Shown: positions 49,868 through 59,794, numbered from the stretch's first letter. The stretch: 64,000 nt of DNA from Bdellovibrionota bacterium (GCA_965207455.1 CBDBMJ010000003.1:416001-480000); one strand, 5' to 3'. Made by a program: numbers and translations. The notes: a model not told the origin generated them from the sequence alone.

Positions 49868-51511
49868 CTATATCGGCTGGACACCTGCGGGCCTAATGAT
49901 TTCCAGCAAACCTTGAAACGTTCTCGTGATAGTGGATACAATTGCCCGCTTCCCTTGGGTGCTATTAGCGAGGGATCGTTTGGAACCACCACGAGCAACA
50001 GCCTTAGCAGAGTTCATCTTGCCTGCCTTATCATAGCCTATATCAATAGCGCCCACATTTTCTTGTTCTATCCTTGTAAGTCTAGAGGATTTTCTAAAAT
50101 AGTTGAATTTCACTTTCTGACCTTTCCCGTTCACAAAAGTAGCCAGTCGTCCTTGGCGGTCGTAGACAATCTTTATTTCTTTGCCGCCTGGTCCAGCAGC
50201 TTTTTTCAGGAGACCATTAAGAGCATACCCATAGGTATAGGTGGTTGTTCTTTTCTCCTTTTTATAAAATGTGGTAACTTTCGTGGGCTTTCCAGGAAAT
50301 TTCCTACTATATTGCCAAATAGTTTTCTTTTTAGGAGAGTCTTTCATTTTTAGGCTGCCACTGGGATAATACTCATATGTGGTTACGTCCTTACCGGAGA
50401 GGATTTTTAATGGCTGACTACAACAGCCATTGTATGTGGTTGTTGTCTTTTTTCCGTTAACAGTGCTGGAAAATTTTTTCTTATAAAGAGAGCCATCCTC
50501 TCTTTTCCCATACCAATACTCGTACTCTCTTTTTGTTACTTTTTTACCTGATGTTGTTGTGATTGAGGTTTTGAAGTGGGTATTTTTAGGGTTCGACCAA
50601 TACGTATATCTCTGAGCAAGATTTCCGACCTTCAATTCTTTCACCATGCCTCCCTTGCCTTTTTGAGAACTAGGAGACCAGTAGGTAATGGTTTCCTGCC
50701 TGCTGCTCGGATAGGTAATTTTTGTGAGATTATGAGCCGCATCGTACTCGTATTTGAAGGTATTCCCTATGGCATCTTTGGAGGTGATCAAATCTCCCTT
50801 TCCACACTTATGTTTAATACTGTATTTTTTACTGGGGCAGTATGTATAGCGTACTTCCTTTTTGTCGCTATTTCTTATGGCTTTGACTTTTCCATTGGGA
50901 CCAATGGTGAAGCTCAAGTACCCAGAGCGATTGCTTATTTTTTTCAAATTATTGTTGCTATATTTTATAGTGATAGTATCTTTAGTGGGTCTAACTTTTA
51001 CAATTTTTGTAACTCTATAGCCTGTTTTTTGACCCACAAACCGCTGTTTCGTAGGCAGGATTACTCGATGGGTGAAATAAATTTTTTCTCCATTTGCTAA
51101 AGTTCGTACAAAACCCTTGCCACCAGGAAGAACCTCAAGGTGTTGCTTTTTTCCTCTATTGGAGCTGGTGAGTTTCATTCCTGCCTTTAATTGTCTATTA
51201 GATGAACTGCTATTATGTTCAAATTTAGTTCTTGTGCCACCGCCACTCTCTATAACAGATACCGTGTTTTTATTGGAAACTAACAGGATGGATTCAAACT
51301 CCGTACCCCAGCCATAACCTAGCATGCCGTTGTATTCAGTTTGGCTATTATAGATACGTTTTATCTGTAAAAAATTTGCTCTTTCATTGGTGCTCTTTAT
51401 ATCCACAAAGCCCGTGAAATAATTTCCATTGGCACTGGCCACCAGTGCGTATGCCTTTGGCATAAACAAAAGACTAACAAGTAAAAAAGCAGATTGTATT
51501 GTTCGAGTCAT
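49868..51511 (-). CDS. Secreted RHS/YD-repeat protein (Bd0109-like), no toxin tip
   Basis: Signal peptide; NGN.F...D....L.I.R.YNS...G.LGYGW N-terminal RHS-type domain; YEYD..HNLTKITYP and YD.QGRL repeats; ends FQGLLEIIRPAGVQPI. Confidence 0.85.
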   Translation of the reverse strand: MTRTIQSAFLLVSLLFMPKAYALVASANGNYFTGFVDIKSTNERANFLQIKRIYNSQTEYNGMLGYGWGTEFESILLVSNKNTVSVIESGGGTRTKFEHNSSSSNRQLKAGMKLTSSNRGKKQHLEVLPGGKGFVRTLANGEKIYFTHRVILPTKQRFVGQKTGYRVTKIVKVRPTKDTITIKYSNNNLKKISNRSGYLSFTIGPNGKVKAIRNSDKKEVRYTYCPSKKYSIKHKCGKGDLITSKDAIGNTFKYEYDAAHNLTKITYPSSRQETITYWSPSSQKGKGGMVKELKVGNLAQRYTYWSNPKNTHFKTSITTTSGKKVTKREYEYWYGKREDGSLYKKKFSSTVNGKKTTTTYNGCCSQPLKILSGKDVTTYEYYPSGSLKMKDSPKKKTIWQYSRKFPGKPTKVTTFYKKEKRTTTYTYGYALNGLLKKAAGPGGKEIKIVYDRQGRLATFVNGKGQKVKFNYFRKSSRLTRIEQENVGAIDIGYDKAGKMNSAKAVARGGSKRSLANSTQGKRAIVSTITRTFQGLLEIIRPAGVQPI

Positions 51512-51565
51512 GATTTATTCGTCCCCCATATTTAATTTTATTCTAGTTCCTATCTTTTAGAAACC

Positions 51566-52441
51566 CTAAACTTTAATTTGAATCACTTTAATAATAACAA
51601 AACCACCCACAAACTGTAAGGTAAGGATTAGTCCTGTGAGGAGCCATCCTAGAGGAGTTGTGAATAGCGGAGTAATAAAGTTGGGATCACTTAAGTAGAA
51701 CATCACCCCTAGGCCAAAGGGCATACAGAAGACAATAACCCCCTGACTCACTCCCTGAGATACCATTGCGGAGATCTTCTGTTCCACCTTTATGCGCTCT
51801 CGAATGGTATATACAATTGTTTCAAATGTTTCGGCAAGATTTCCCCCCGTTTCTTTAAGAATAATTACTGAGGTTACAAACATGTTGACGTCCTCTGAGG
51901 GAATTCTCTTTGCTAGATTTTGAAAGGATTCTTCTACCGTCACCCCCAGTTGGTTCTGCTTAAGAATATAGTCGAATTCCTTCGACATAGGGTCGGGCAT
52001 TTCTTTTTTCACCATTCCAATAGCTTGTATAATAGATAGACCAGACTTCATGCCATTTGCCATTAAACTTAAGCCATCGATCATCTGTATGTTAAATTTC
52101 TGAATCCGTTGGTTCACGATGCGGTTCACTACCATCCTGGGCACAAACCACATAACTGCGAACACAAGAAAGCTAAAAATAATGGCAGGCCAGAGTTGGG
52201 GTAATATGAGAAGAAAGATGAGTAGGGCAGGAATACCAGGGGTTAGGATCAGAATGAGTAGAACGCGATTGGGAGAGACCTCTATGAACATTTTGGCCAT
52301 GGCATCCACAATATAATCCCGTGTACCAATGGATTGCCAACGAAGCCATTCTAAGAGTCGACCAATATTTTTCACAGAGACATAAAATATCATTAGGCCG
52401 ACTAATAAGGAAATTCCTAATGGACTAAAGTAATCGACCAC
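51566..52441 (-). CDS. tadB: Tad pilus inner-membrane platform protein (T2SSF domain)
   Basis: F..Q..D.L.LMANG.KSG.S, P.P...EF, ETGGNLAE, IRER, terminal TM pair. Confidence 0.88.
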   Translation of the reverse strand: MVDYFSPLGISLLVGLMIFYVSVKNIGRLLEWLRWQSIGTRDYIVDAMAKMFIEVSPNRVLLILILTPGIPALLIFLLILPQLWPAIIFSFLVFAVMWFVPRMVVNRIVNQRIQKFNIQMIDGLSLMANGMKSGLSIIQAIGMVKKEMPDPMSKEFDYILKQNQLGVTVEESFQNLAKRIPSEDVNMFVTSVIILKETGGNLAETFETIVYTIRERIKVEQKISAMVSQGVSQGVIVFCMPFGLGVMFYLSDPNFITPLFTTPLGWLLTGLILTLQFVGGFVIIKVIQIKV

Positions 52442-52444
52442 GGC

Positions 52445-54667
52445 TTAACTGACCTTCCTTGTTGGGAGGACAGGTTTTACGGTGGGTCGAGCGACCTTGC
52501 TTTGTATGAATAAGGATCGAGGTATTTTTATTCCTCGATTCTCCATGGTTTCCACAAATTTTGGTATAAAACCCGTGGGTAGAATCTCACCAATTACCTT
52601 TCGCCGTTTATCTAAACCGGACTGCTTAAACAAAAATATATCCTGCAAGCTTACTGTGTCTCCTTGCATCCCAACCACCTCTGTAATATGGGTGATCTTT
52701 CGAGAACCGTCCGAGAGTCGAGATTGCTGTACAATCAAGTTTACTGCGCTGGTGATTTGCTCGCGAATGGCTTTTACGGGAAGGTTCATACCCGCCATCA
52801 TCACCAGAGTTTCTAGACGGGAAATGGAGTCTCTTGGATTATTAGCGTGTACCGTAGTTAAACTCCCATCGTGTCCCGTGTTCATGGCTTGCAACATATC
52901 TAGAGCTTCCCCCGCTCTACACTCACCCACTATCACCCGGTCAGGTTTCATTCTTAGGGATTGTTTCACTAGATCTCGAATGGATACTTCTCCCTCCCCT
53001 TCAATGTTTTTTGGACGAGTCTCCAAGCGAACCACATGATCTTGGGCTAAGTCCAGCTCGGCTGCATCCTCACAGGTAATAATTCGCTCAGTACTAGGAA
53101 TAAAATTGGAAAGCACATTCAGGAGTGTGGTCTTACCAGAACCGGTGCCTCCAGACACAACCATGTTGAGCCTACCCTCCACACAAATACGGAGAAAATC
53201 GGCAATTTCTTGGGTCATGGAATTTTTATCCACCAGGTCTCTCCAGGTCATGCGCTCGTCGGGAAACTTACGAATAGTAACGGTGGGTCCCTTGATAGCC
53301 AAGGGAGGAATAATGGCATGGACCCGGGAACCATCGGCAAGACGAGCATCCACATAGGGAGATTTCTCGTCAATACGACGACCTAAAGGCATTACAATTC
53401 TTTCTATAATGTTGATGAGCTGCTGATCGCTAGAAAAGGTGGTGGGGGATAAGATATTTTTACCTGCTTGCTCAATATAAATTCTGTCTCTAGCAATTAC
53501 CATAATTTCTGATACGGTTGGATCGGCTAAAAGATCTTCCAAAGGCCCCAGCCCAAGAGCTTCATCTAAAATTTCTTTCACCAAAGATTGCATAGCATCC
53601 CGACCCTGACCTATGGAAGATAGATCTTCATTATTTAAAATAGATACAATCGAACTTTTACATTTATTTCTTAAAGCATCGTCGTGTATATTCGTTCCTT
53701 CTTTTTTTAAATCCACCTGCACTACTAATTCCTTATGCACACGAAGCTTAAGAGTGGAGCGAGCATCCGTGGGTTTACCAGCGCTACGCGCTTTACCGGC
53801 GCCCTCTTTTTGAGCCATGGGCCTCTTTATTGATGGCCGAGATACTTTTTTCACTGTGGAAAGTTTATACAGGAGTTTGGTTTGTTGTATCTTCCTTACC
53901 AACTCATGGTAAGCCCGAGTACTTGGAGATCGGAGCGCTGATAGAAGGAGGGGACTTCCGGCAGAGAGTGCTGCGGCATTAGATGCGGCATCCTCAGGTA
54001 TCATGGCGTACACCGGATGGCCGATATTTTTTTCTACTGTGGCAGCATTTACGGGTGCATTTGGTGTAAACCGGTTTAATATCACTTGGATCATCTCTTT
54101 GGGAAATAAATTATCAGCAATTCCTTTTATCAATCGACGGCTCTGATGAACTGCTAATAGTTCTGGAATGGTGACGAGAAAAATTCCTGTGGAGCATTCC
54201 ATGGCTTTTATGGTGTGGACGCTCATGCTGGCACCACAGTCCACAACTATTATGGGGTAGACCTGTGTGATAGATTTATAGAATTTTGCTAACGTATCTG
54301 CCTGTAGGGAATTTGATGCATCAGCATCCGTGGGAGCAGCAAGAAAATGCAGGCCACTGGGATGCTGGTTTACCAGTTTTACCATGGCACTCGTATCGTA
54401 ATTACCCACATGGTTGAGTGCTTCTTTCAAACCTTTGGGATTCTTCATGCCTAGAATGAGATTTTGGTCACCACAGGCCACTAAATCCTGATCCACTAAA
54501 AGTGTGCGCATTCCAAATTCTTTATGAAAACCTAAAGCAAGGTTAGCAGCGAAAACACTTTTGCCAACACCTCCCTTACCTCCAACAACAGATATTATAT
54601 AACCAGCCAATGTATATTTCCCTCCTTTTTTATCTATAGCGACGCTTGCTTCGCCTCTTACTGCCAA
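52445..54667 (-). CDS. tadA: Fusion of CpaE/TadZ (MinD-like) and CpaF/TadA assembly ATPase
   Basis: N-terminal GGKGGVGKS deviant Walker A; C-terminal GLGPLE.LL.D..V.EIMV, GGTGSGKTT, LRMKPDR.IVGECR..EA.DMLQAMNTGHDG. Confidence 0.92.
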   Translation of the reverse strand: MAVRGEASVAIDKKGGKYTLAGYIISVVGGKGGVGKSVFAANLALGFHKEFGMRTLLVDQDLVACGDQNLILGMKNPKGLKEALNHVGNYDTSAMVKLVNQHPSGLHFLAAPTDADASNSLQADTLAKFYKSITQVYPIIVVDCGASMSVHTIKAMECSTGIFLVTIPELLAVHQSRRLIKGIADNLFPKEMIQVILNRFTPNAPVNAATVEKNIGHPVYAMIPEDAASNAAALSAGSPLLLSALRSPSTRAYHELVRKIQQTKLLYKLSTVKKVSRPSIKRPMAQKEGAGKARSAGKPTDARSTLKLRVHKELVVQVDLKKEGTNIHDDALRNKCKSSIVSILNNEDLSSIGQGRDAMQSLVKEILDEALGLGPLEDLLADPTVSEIMVIARDRIYIEQAGKNILSPTTFSSDQQLINIIERIVMPLGRRIDEKSPYVDARLADGSRVHAIIPPLAIKGPTVTIRKFPDERMTWRDLVDKNSMTQEIADFLRICVEGRLNMVVSGGTGSGKTTLLNVLSNFIPSTERIITCEDAAELDLAQDHVVRLETRPKNIEGEGEVSIRDLVKQSLRMKPDRVIVGECRAGEALDMLQAMNTGHDGSLTTVHANNPRDSISRLETLVMMAGMNLPVKAIREQITSAVNLIVQQSRLSDGSRKITHITEVVGMQGDTVSLQDIFLFKQSGLDKRRKVIGEILPTGFIPKFVETMENRGIKIPRSLFIQSKVARPTVKPVLPTRKVS

Positions 54668-56195
54668 TAATTTTACGTTTAATATCTGCTGTACCCTTTG
54701 CTGCGTCCTGAATAATTTTGGGAGTAAGAAATACTAAAAATTGGGTTTTATTTGTTCGGAAAGCTCGAGATCGGAGAAGGGTAAGTATGGGATTTCCTCC
54801 ACCCCCGCTCCCACCCGGATCCTTATCCACATCAATAGCCATATTGTTGGAGATCAAGCCGCCTAGAACAGCGCTATCTCCCGATCGAATAAGAATGGAG
54901 TTTTTTAAGGAAGTTCTAGTAGTTCTAGGAGCGCCGGCACCACTTGCACCAGAAGGGGCGGAGAAATTAAATTCTGTATCTTTTAGTTCCAGCATATCTT
55001 TACCCTTTACTGTAGGTTTTAAACTAATGGAAAGACCAATATTGATAAGAGAGGTAATGGGAACTCCATCCTGCACTCCGGAAATATAAGGAACAGAATC
55101 CTGACGGTCTAAGGAGATCAAACTTCCCGATATACCGATTGCTACAGCAGAATGCAGTACTCTCGAATAACCTCCATTTTTCCCCGATTGCAATTTCGGG
55201 AAAAGATCTCTAATCGTGCCAGAAAAAGTGCCTCCTGAGGAAGCGCCAATCCCACCAGTTTCGGATTGACCAAAATTTAAACCTGCATCTGTGCTTAAAG
55301 TTGGGGCCCATTTAAAAAGAGCAGTCTTTGCATATTCTTTACCGATCTCCACAAAATGAAATGTAACACGAACCATTTTTGGTGCTGGCGGTGGAGGCCG
55401 TTGAGTTATGGTAATTAAATTTCGAATAGCTTGTTTTTTAACAGTCTGTAATATTCCATCCGCCACAGACTGAGAAGATATTATTTCTGGCACGTATGTT
55501 CTAGCAATATCTTCTGCCTTTGCTTTACTGATACCATTGCTCACAGTGCCCTCTAGAAAAAGTGTGTTGTTCGCTAGGCGAACTGTTATATTTACTCCCC
55601 AAGGATTTCGATTGATCTCGTCCTGTATTCGCCGTGCCGACTCCCGTTTAGATACTCTGCTAAGTCCGACTAAATTTAAAATGCCTCCCTTGGCACCACC
55701 GAAAGCATTGGCCACATTTATTATTCTATCCAAATCTTTTGGAACAATGAGATCTCCATCAATAATGATTTTTTCTCCCACACTGGTGATAGTAATGCCT
55801 TCCACGTTATCTAATAGCTGACGCATTTGTCGTACCCGTTCAGATAAATCTGTTGTGCGTACGTTGTAGTTTATAATTTTCGCTACATTGTTGTTCAAAT
55901 CTCGAATTAATATATTTGTGCTCCCCTTTTCTTGGGGAAATATATAAAGTTTTGTGGAGCCCGGAATTGGTTGCACCTTTAAAATCTTAGGATCTCCTAT
56001 ATCCACACCACCGGGTTGGAATGTTAGTTCTAAAATTTCCACAGTGCCGGCAATAATGTTTCGTTGCTCGGGTGCCTCTTTTTTCTTTTCACCCGTTAGC
56101 GAAGCTTTATTTTGAGAGTACACGGCAACAGGGATATACAATACTGTGAGACACAGTCCAATCACAAGATTCTGTTTTTTAAAAAAATAATTCAT
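54630..56195 (-). CDS. Tad secretin (RcpA/CpaC-like) with BON-like domains
   Basis: Pilus-formation N-domain (IGDP.I...G.T.I.I.D), I.G.....D...I, C-terminal SG.S.VLGGL...PIL..L.RS..F....T...VF.TP.I. Confidence 0.82.
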   Translation of the reverse strand: MNYFFKKQNLVIGLCLTVLYIPVAVYSQNKASLTGEKKKEAPEQRNIIAGTVEILELTFQPGGVDIGDPKILKVQPIPGSTKLYIFPQEKGSTNILIRDLNNNVAKIINYNVRTTDLSERVRQMRQLLDNVEGITITSVGEKIIIDGDLIVPKDLDRIINVANAFGGAKGGILNLVGLSRVSKRESARRIQDEINRNPWGVNITVRLANNTLFLEGTVSNGISKAKAEDIARTYVPEIISSQSVADGILQTVKKQAIRNLITITQRPPPPAPKMVRVTFHFVEIGKEYAKTALFKWAPTLSTDAGLNFGQSETGGIGASSGGTFSGTIRDLFPKLQSGKNGGYSRVLHSAVAIGISGSLISLDRQDSVPYISGVQDGVPITSLINIGLSISLKPTVKGKDMLELKDTEFNFSAPSGASGAGAPRTTRTSLKNSILIRSGDSAVLGGLISNNMAIDVDKDPGGSGGGGNPILTLLRSRAFRTNKTQFLVFLTPKIIQDAAKGTADIKRKIIGSKRRSKRRYR

Positions 56196-56267
56196 TCCTA
56201 GTATTTAGAGTAACAGAATCCAGAGATAAGCGGCAAGGAACGAAAGCTCAACAAACAATAATAGGGT

Positions 56268-57071
56268 TTATCTCCTGCCACCCCCGGAGGAAACGTTGCG
56301 TTTACTATTGGGTCCCAGCACATCGCTTACGGAAGTAGTTTTTACGATGTTCTCGCCATTATCATCGTTGTGGCGAAGTATAAGGTAAACTCCTCCTAGC
56401 TTACTTTCCGTGAGAACTAATTTTTGGGCATTTACGGGAGTAGCCTCTAATGTAACACTATTAAAGGTCGTGTATCGAGTAAGGTTTACTGTTTTGTTTT
56501 TTCTTGTATCACTGGAGGCTTGTTCTATAATACCCGGAACTGTGTTAGCAATTAATTTCCCTGTGGCCAAGACTAAAACATCTTGAAGTATGGTTTTCAC
56601 CTCGATGAAATCTATATTTCCTTTTCCATAATCAATGACTGCTAACACATCTACTCTATCTCCAGGCTTAATAAGACGTGAAACTCCACGAGAATCATTC
56701 ACTCGAACAGTGACGGCACGCTTGCCTAGACTTATTTGGCGAGATAATCCCGTACGAACACCTAAAAAAGTTACCTTTGTGCGTGTAATTTGCTCACCTT
56801 TAGATACGGGTGCGATGGCTAGACCACCCACAAAGTCTCCAATTCGTCCACTGGTACCGGGCTGTATGAATTTTTTGGGCATTGTTTGAACTGTAAGGTT
56901 CGTTTCGTCTAAAGGATCCAGCTCACCTATATTTTTTCCAGCCACAACAACCGTGGTTTCCTCTTTAAAATCTTTACGGTAGCTTTCTTCCGTGCTCGTA
57001 ACATAAGAATGCACCATCAGTACAGCCAAGAGGGCAATGACAAGAGAGATGGTAAAGGATCGATTATTCAT
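56268..57071 (-). CDS. cpaB: Flp pilus assembly protein CpaB/RcpC
   Basis: VVVA...I SAF domain; G.RAVT..V....GV..LI.PGDRVDV, LQDV.VLA.G, VTLE.TP..A.KL. Confidence 0.93.
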   Translation of the reverse strand: MNNRSFTISLVIALLAVLMVHSYVTSTEESYRKDFKEETTVVVAGKNIGELDPLDETNLTVQTMPKKFIQPGTSGRIGDFVGGLAIAPVSKGEQITRTKVTFLGVRTGLSRQISLGKRAVTVRVNDSRGVSRLIKPGDRVDVLAVIDYGKGNIDFIEVKTILQDVLVLATGKLIANTVPGIIEQASSDTRKNKTVNLTRYTTFNSVTLEATPVNAQKLVLTESKLGGVYLILRHNDDNGENIVKTTSVSDVLGPNSKRNVSSGGGRR

Positions 57072-57072
57072 T

Positions 57073-57579
57073 TTATTGCTCTACCCTTCCACAGTATGCG
57101 CCTAGAGTGTTACCAATCGAAGGTTTTCGGGATGTGCAAATACCAAGGGCAGTACGAATACGAATATGTTGTCGTTGAAAGTTAGATTCTGCTTCATATG
57201 GGTCATTTCTGGCGCCTGGAATATCTCTGGGTTCAACACCTGCACCAAGGCTCACTACGGGAGCAGGCTTAGTGGCACCTCCATCACCGTCATCATAATA
57301 ATCATCGCCCCCTCCTGCATTTGCAGAAACATACAAAAAAAAGGCAGACCGGCTAGATGGACTTTCTTCATATTCTTTCTTTCCAGGGCCGTCTCTATGA
57401 TTTAGCATTTTTAAAAATACATAGGCCCGTGTACTCTTCTGGCCTACAATCGAAGTATTGATTGCCATATTTACCTTAATCAAATGCCAGGTAAACAGCA
57501 TTACAAAAGGAAGCACTACGATAAATTCCATGAGCGCTTGCCCGGAGTGATTTTCGATTATTTTTCGTTTAGCAGCCAT
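57073..57579 (-). CDS. TadE-like pseudopilin
   Basis: SGQALMEF plus hydrophobic helix. Confidence 0.8.
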   Translation of the reverse strand: MAAKRKIIENHSGQALMEFIVVLPFVMLFTWHLIKVNMAINTSIVGQKSTRAYVFLKMLNHRDGPGKKEYEESPSSRSAFFLYVSANAGGGDDYYDDGDGGATKPAPVVSLGAGVEPRDIPGARNDPYEAESNFQRQHIRIRTALGICTSRKPSIGNTLGAYCGRVEQ

Positions 57580-58252
57580 TATCAAACAAGAACTCCTTTC
57601 TTTCTACTCCTTGTCTCCATCCACCCACACCATACGTATCGTACAATTTTTTTAAAAACTTACGACATTCTTTCATAGTTTTCTCACGGCCAAGGAAAGC
57701 GTCGCTGGCGAGAGCGATTTTACCGTCCCAAGGTAAGGAGGTCTGCTCCCCCCTTGGCCCTATCGTAATAGATTTACCCTCCCCCGCTGTCAGGAAGCGA
57801 GCAAACGGCAATAGGAAGAGGCGAAATTCAAAGTTATACTGTACGCCCTCTGCCCAAGCAAAAATACGGGTGGTGCGTCTTTTGTCCTTTGTGTAGGGAT
57901 GAATTCCGATAAAAGCCCCCGGTATGGGTTCATCCCCTTCAGCGATATCTCTTTTGTCATCATCTCTGGGAGAAACAACGGGCGCCAATAGATCCTTTAT
58001 TCCATCGGGCCTTTTTATTAAAGCACGCAGGGTTTCTACAGCATGTTCTCTTTGCTCACTTTGCTCTTCCGTTGCGGAAAGGTAAGCTCTTGCAGCCATA
58101 TAGGTGCTGTAATGAACATAGTGACCCCATGCAAGTCCCCAAGCCAGCTGTATAAAAACAAAGAGCAGAGTTAAAATAACCATTATAACGAGCATAAACT
58201 CTATTAGGGTTTGCCCCTGCTCCCAATTATTTTTTTTTTGCTGTCCTATCAT
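57569..58252 (-). CDS. TadE-like pseudopilin
   Basis: QGQTLIEF plus TM, Y.TY.AAR motif; start set at MIGQQ. Confidence 0.82.
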   Translation of the reverse strand: MIGQQKKNNWEQGQTLIEFMLVIMVILTLLFVFIQLAWGLAWGHYVHYSTYMAARAYLSATEEQSEQREHAVETLRALIKRPDGIKDLLAPVVSPRDDDKRDIAEGDEPIPGAFIGIHPYTKDKRRTTRIFAWAEGVQYNFEFRLFLLPFARFLTAGEGKSITIGPRGEQTSLPWDGKIALASDAFLGREKTMKECRKFLKKLYDTYGVGGWRQGVERKEFLFDNGC

Positions 58253-58260
58253 CTTATTTT

Positions 58261-58545
58261 TTACTTGTCCGAAGGTTTGTATAGATGGAAATTTCTGGAG
58301 TCGGCAGTTCCCGTTGTTTGCAATATATTCTTTCTGGGTCCACCTAGATCCACTTCGTCCCAACCCAAAGCATCCCTGTGCCCATATTTATAATTAAATT
58401 TTAAATAATATACCGCTGGGCTCGTTAGTTCATTAAAGAAGTATTCCCGATCCCGAAACAATTGGAAAAGAGCAAGAATAGCTATAACAATTACCCCAGA
58501 AACTAATATGTACTCGACTATGGTTTGTCCAGACTCACCCTTCAT
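58261..58545 (-). CDS. Minor Flp-type pilin
   Basis: ESGQTIVEYIL plus hydrophobic helix. Confidence 0.8.
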   Translation of the reverse strand: MKGESGQTIVEYILVSGVIVIAILALFQLFRDREYFFNELTSPAVYYLKFNYKYGHRDALGWDEVDLGGPRKNILQTTGTADSRNFHLYKPSDK

Positions 58546-59067
58546 TTAAAACAAGCCTCCATTCTGGTCCAACCAAATTATGGCGACAGTAGCAAGGGTA
58601 ATGGAAACACCAAAACTAAACTTATGATTCTTATTCACATCCAGTGTTGCGGGAGGAAAACCATGCACAATTTTTGATAGAACAAAGTGGAAGCTACTTC
58701 GCATAAGAGGCAGGAGCCTCCCTGAAAAAAGAGTAATGAAAAATGCATAAACTCCCCCGATAGCAATGGATGCTAGAGCTACTTGGAGTGTAAAAGCAAC
58801 GCCTCCCCAGGCACCAATGCTCATGAGAAGCTTCACATCTCCTGCTCCCATAATATTTAAAATATATAGAGGCAAGAATAAAGAAAGGCCCAACAATAAA
58901 CCTAAAAAAGAGTGCCCCAAGCCATCCCAACCTTGCCACCAAAAATGGAAGCCTAGAGCAAGCAGCATTGTTGGAAAGGTCCACCAGTTGGGGATTTTTT
59001 TTGTAAAAAGATCGTAGACGCCCCCTAGGAGAGCTACCCCAAAAATGATTGTGCTTAGTTGTTCCAA
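58546..59067 (-). CDS. cpaA: A24 prepilin peptidase (CpaA/TadV)
   Basis: YDL...KIPN, MGAGDVKL...G, F...I. Confidence 0.9.
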   Translation of the reverse strand: MEQLSTIIFGVALLGGVYDLFTKKIPNWWTFPTMLLALGFHFWWQGWDGLGHSFLGLLLGLSLFLPLYILNIMGAGDVKLLMSIGAWGGVAFTLQVALASIAIGGVYAFFITLFSGRLLPLMRSSFHFVLSKIVHGFPPATLDVNKNHKFSFGVSITLATVAIIWLDQNGGLF

Positions 59068-59315
59068 TTTCCCCCTGCTCCTGCGTATGGATCTTTTGAT
59101 TGAGTTCCCTGGCCAGCAGAGCCGGTGCCGCTTTTCAAATTTTGTTCTAAATGAGTTCCTAAACGAAGCATTGTTTTATTAATTATGCCGCTAAAACCAA
59201 TGTCTTCATTAAAAAATAATGTGGTGGTGAAACCAAGGAGTAGGAAAAGCAGGAGTAAATACTCTATAAGGGCTTGCCCTGAGTTCTTCTTTTTCTGTTT
59301 TCCTGCTTCTTCCAT
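59055..59315 (-). CDS. Minor Flp-type pilin
   Basis: SGQALIEYLLL plus hydrophobic helix; GGAGG RBS. Confidence 0.8.
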   Translation of the reverse strand: MEEAGKQKKKNSGQALIEYLLLLFLLLGFTTTLFFNEDIGFSGIINKTMLRLGTHLEQNLKSGTGSAGQGTQSKDPYAGAGGNWNN

Positions 59316-59366
59316 GATGCAGCCTCCATGTTTCTTTCCTAGAGTGGAATAGGTTTTGTGTTTTTG

Positions 59367-59546
59367 CTATTCAGCAAAAACATCGTCTCTTCTCTCATTT
59401 AATCCTTCAAATAGCTTTTCCATAAAGGTTTTAAGCTTATTTTTAAATTGCATAATGAGAGTTACCACCACGGCTAGTATAAGGATATACTCGGTGGTCG
59501 TTTGCCCCGATTCCTCAAAGATAAACTTTCTTATTCTCAAACCCAT
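59367..59546 (-). CDS. flp: Flp major pilin, 59 aa, missing from the ORF track: MGLRIRKFIFEESGQTTTEYILILAVVVTLIMQFKNKLKTFMEKLFEGLNERRDDVFAE
   Basis: Translated by hand; canonical Flp motif EESG|QTTTEY plus hydrophobic run; first gene of the tad cluster. Confidence 0.9.
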   Translation of the reverse strand: MGLRIRKFIFEESGQTTTEYILILAVVVTLIMQFKNKLKTFMEKLFEGLNERRDDVFAE

Positions 59547-59582
59547 TGATATAGCCTATAACTTTTTCCTCTTCTCCCTACC

Positions 59583-59609
59583 TTTTCGGCATATACGGAA
59601 AAAGCTTGA
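59583..59609 (-). promoter_or_regulatory. sigma28/FliA-type promoter upstream of flp
   Basis: Minus strand TCAA-N15-GCCGAAAA (consensus TAAA-N15-GCCGATAA). Confidence 0.6.
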
Positions 59610-59794
59610 GAAGAATTTCTCTCCCTCTTATTATTTTAACAGAAAACAGCGTTTCGCGTCAACCGCAGATCGAGTAAAAAATCAAATAAATTCAATTGTT
59701 TACAAGTTTTCTTCTCAGCCATGCTAAATCTCCCGAAATAACAAAAAAACCCTTTTTCGTGGCTAATTCCTACCTGCTTTCCTGTGCCCCCCCC

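Noticed and set aside
49604..51511. Classical Rhs toxin-immunity pair
   Set aside because: No DPxG cleavage motif or toxin tip; context matches a Bd0109-type pilus-associated protein.
59356..59727. 123-aa plus-strand ORF
   Set aside because: Antisense shadow of the real flp pilin and its promoter.
59610..59794. Possible c-di-GMP riboswitch or sRNA upstream of flp, including a C9 run
   Set aside because: No GEMM consensus or convincing stems recognised by eye; cmscan would be needed.
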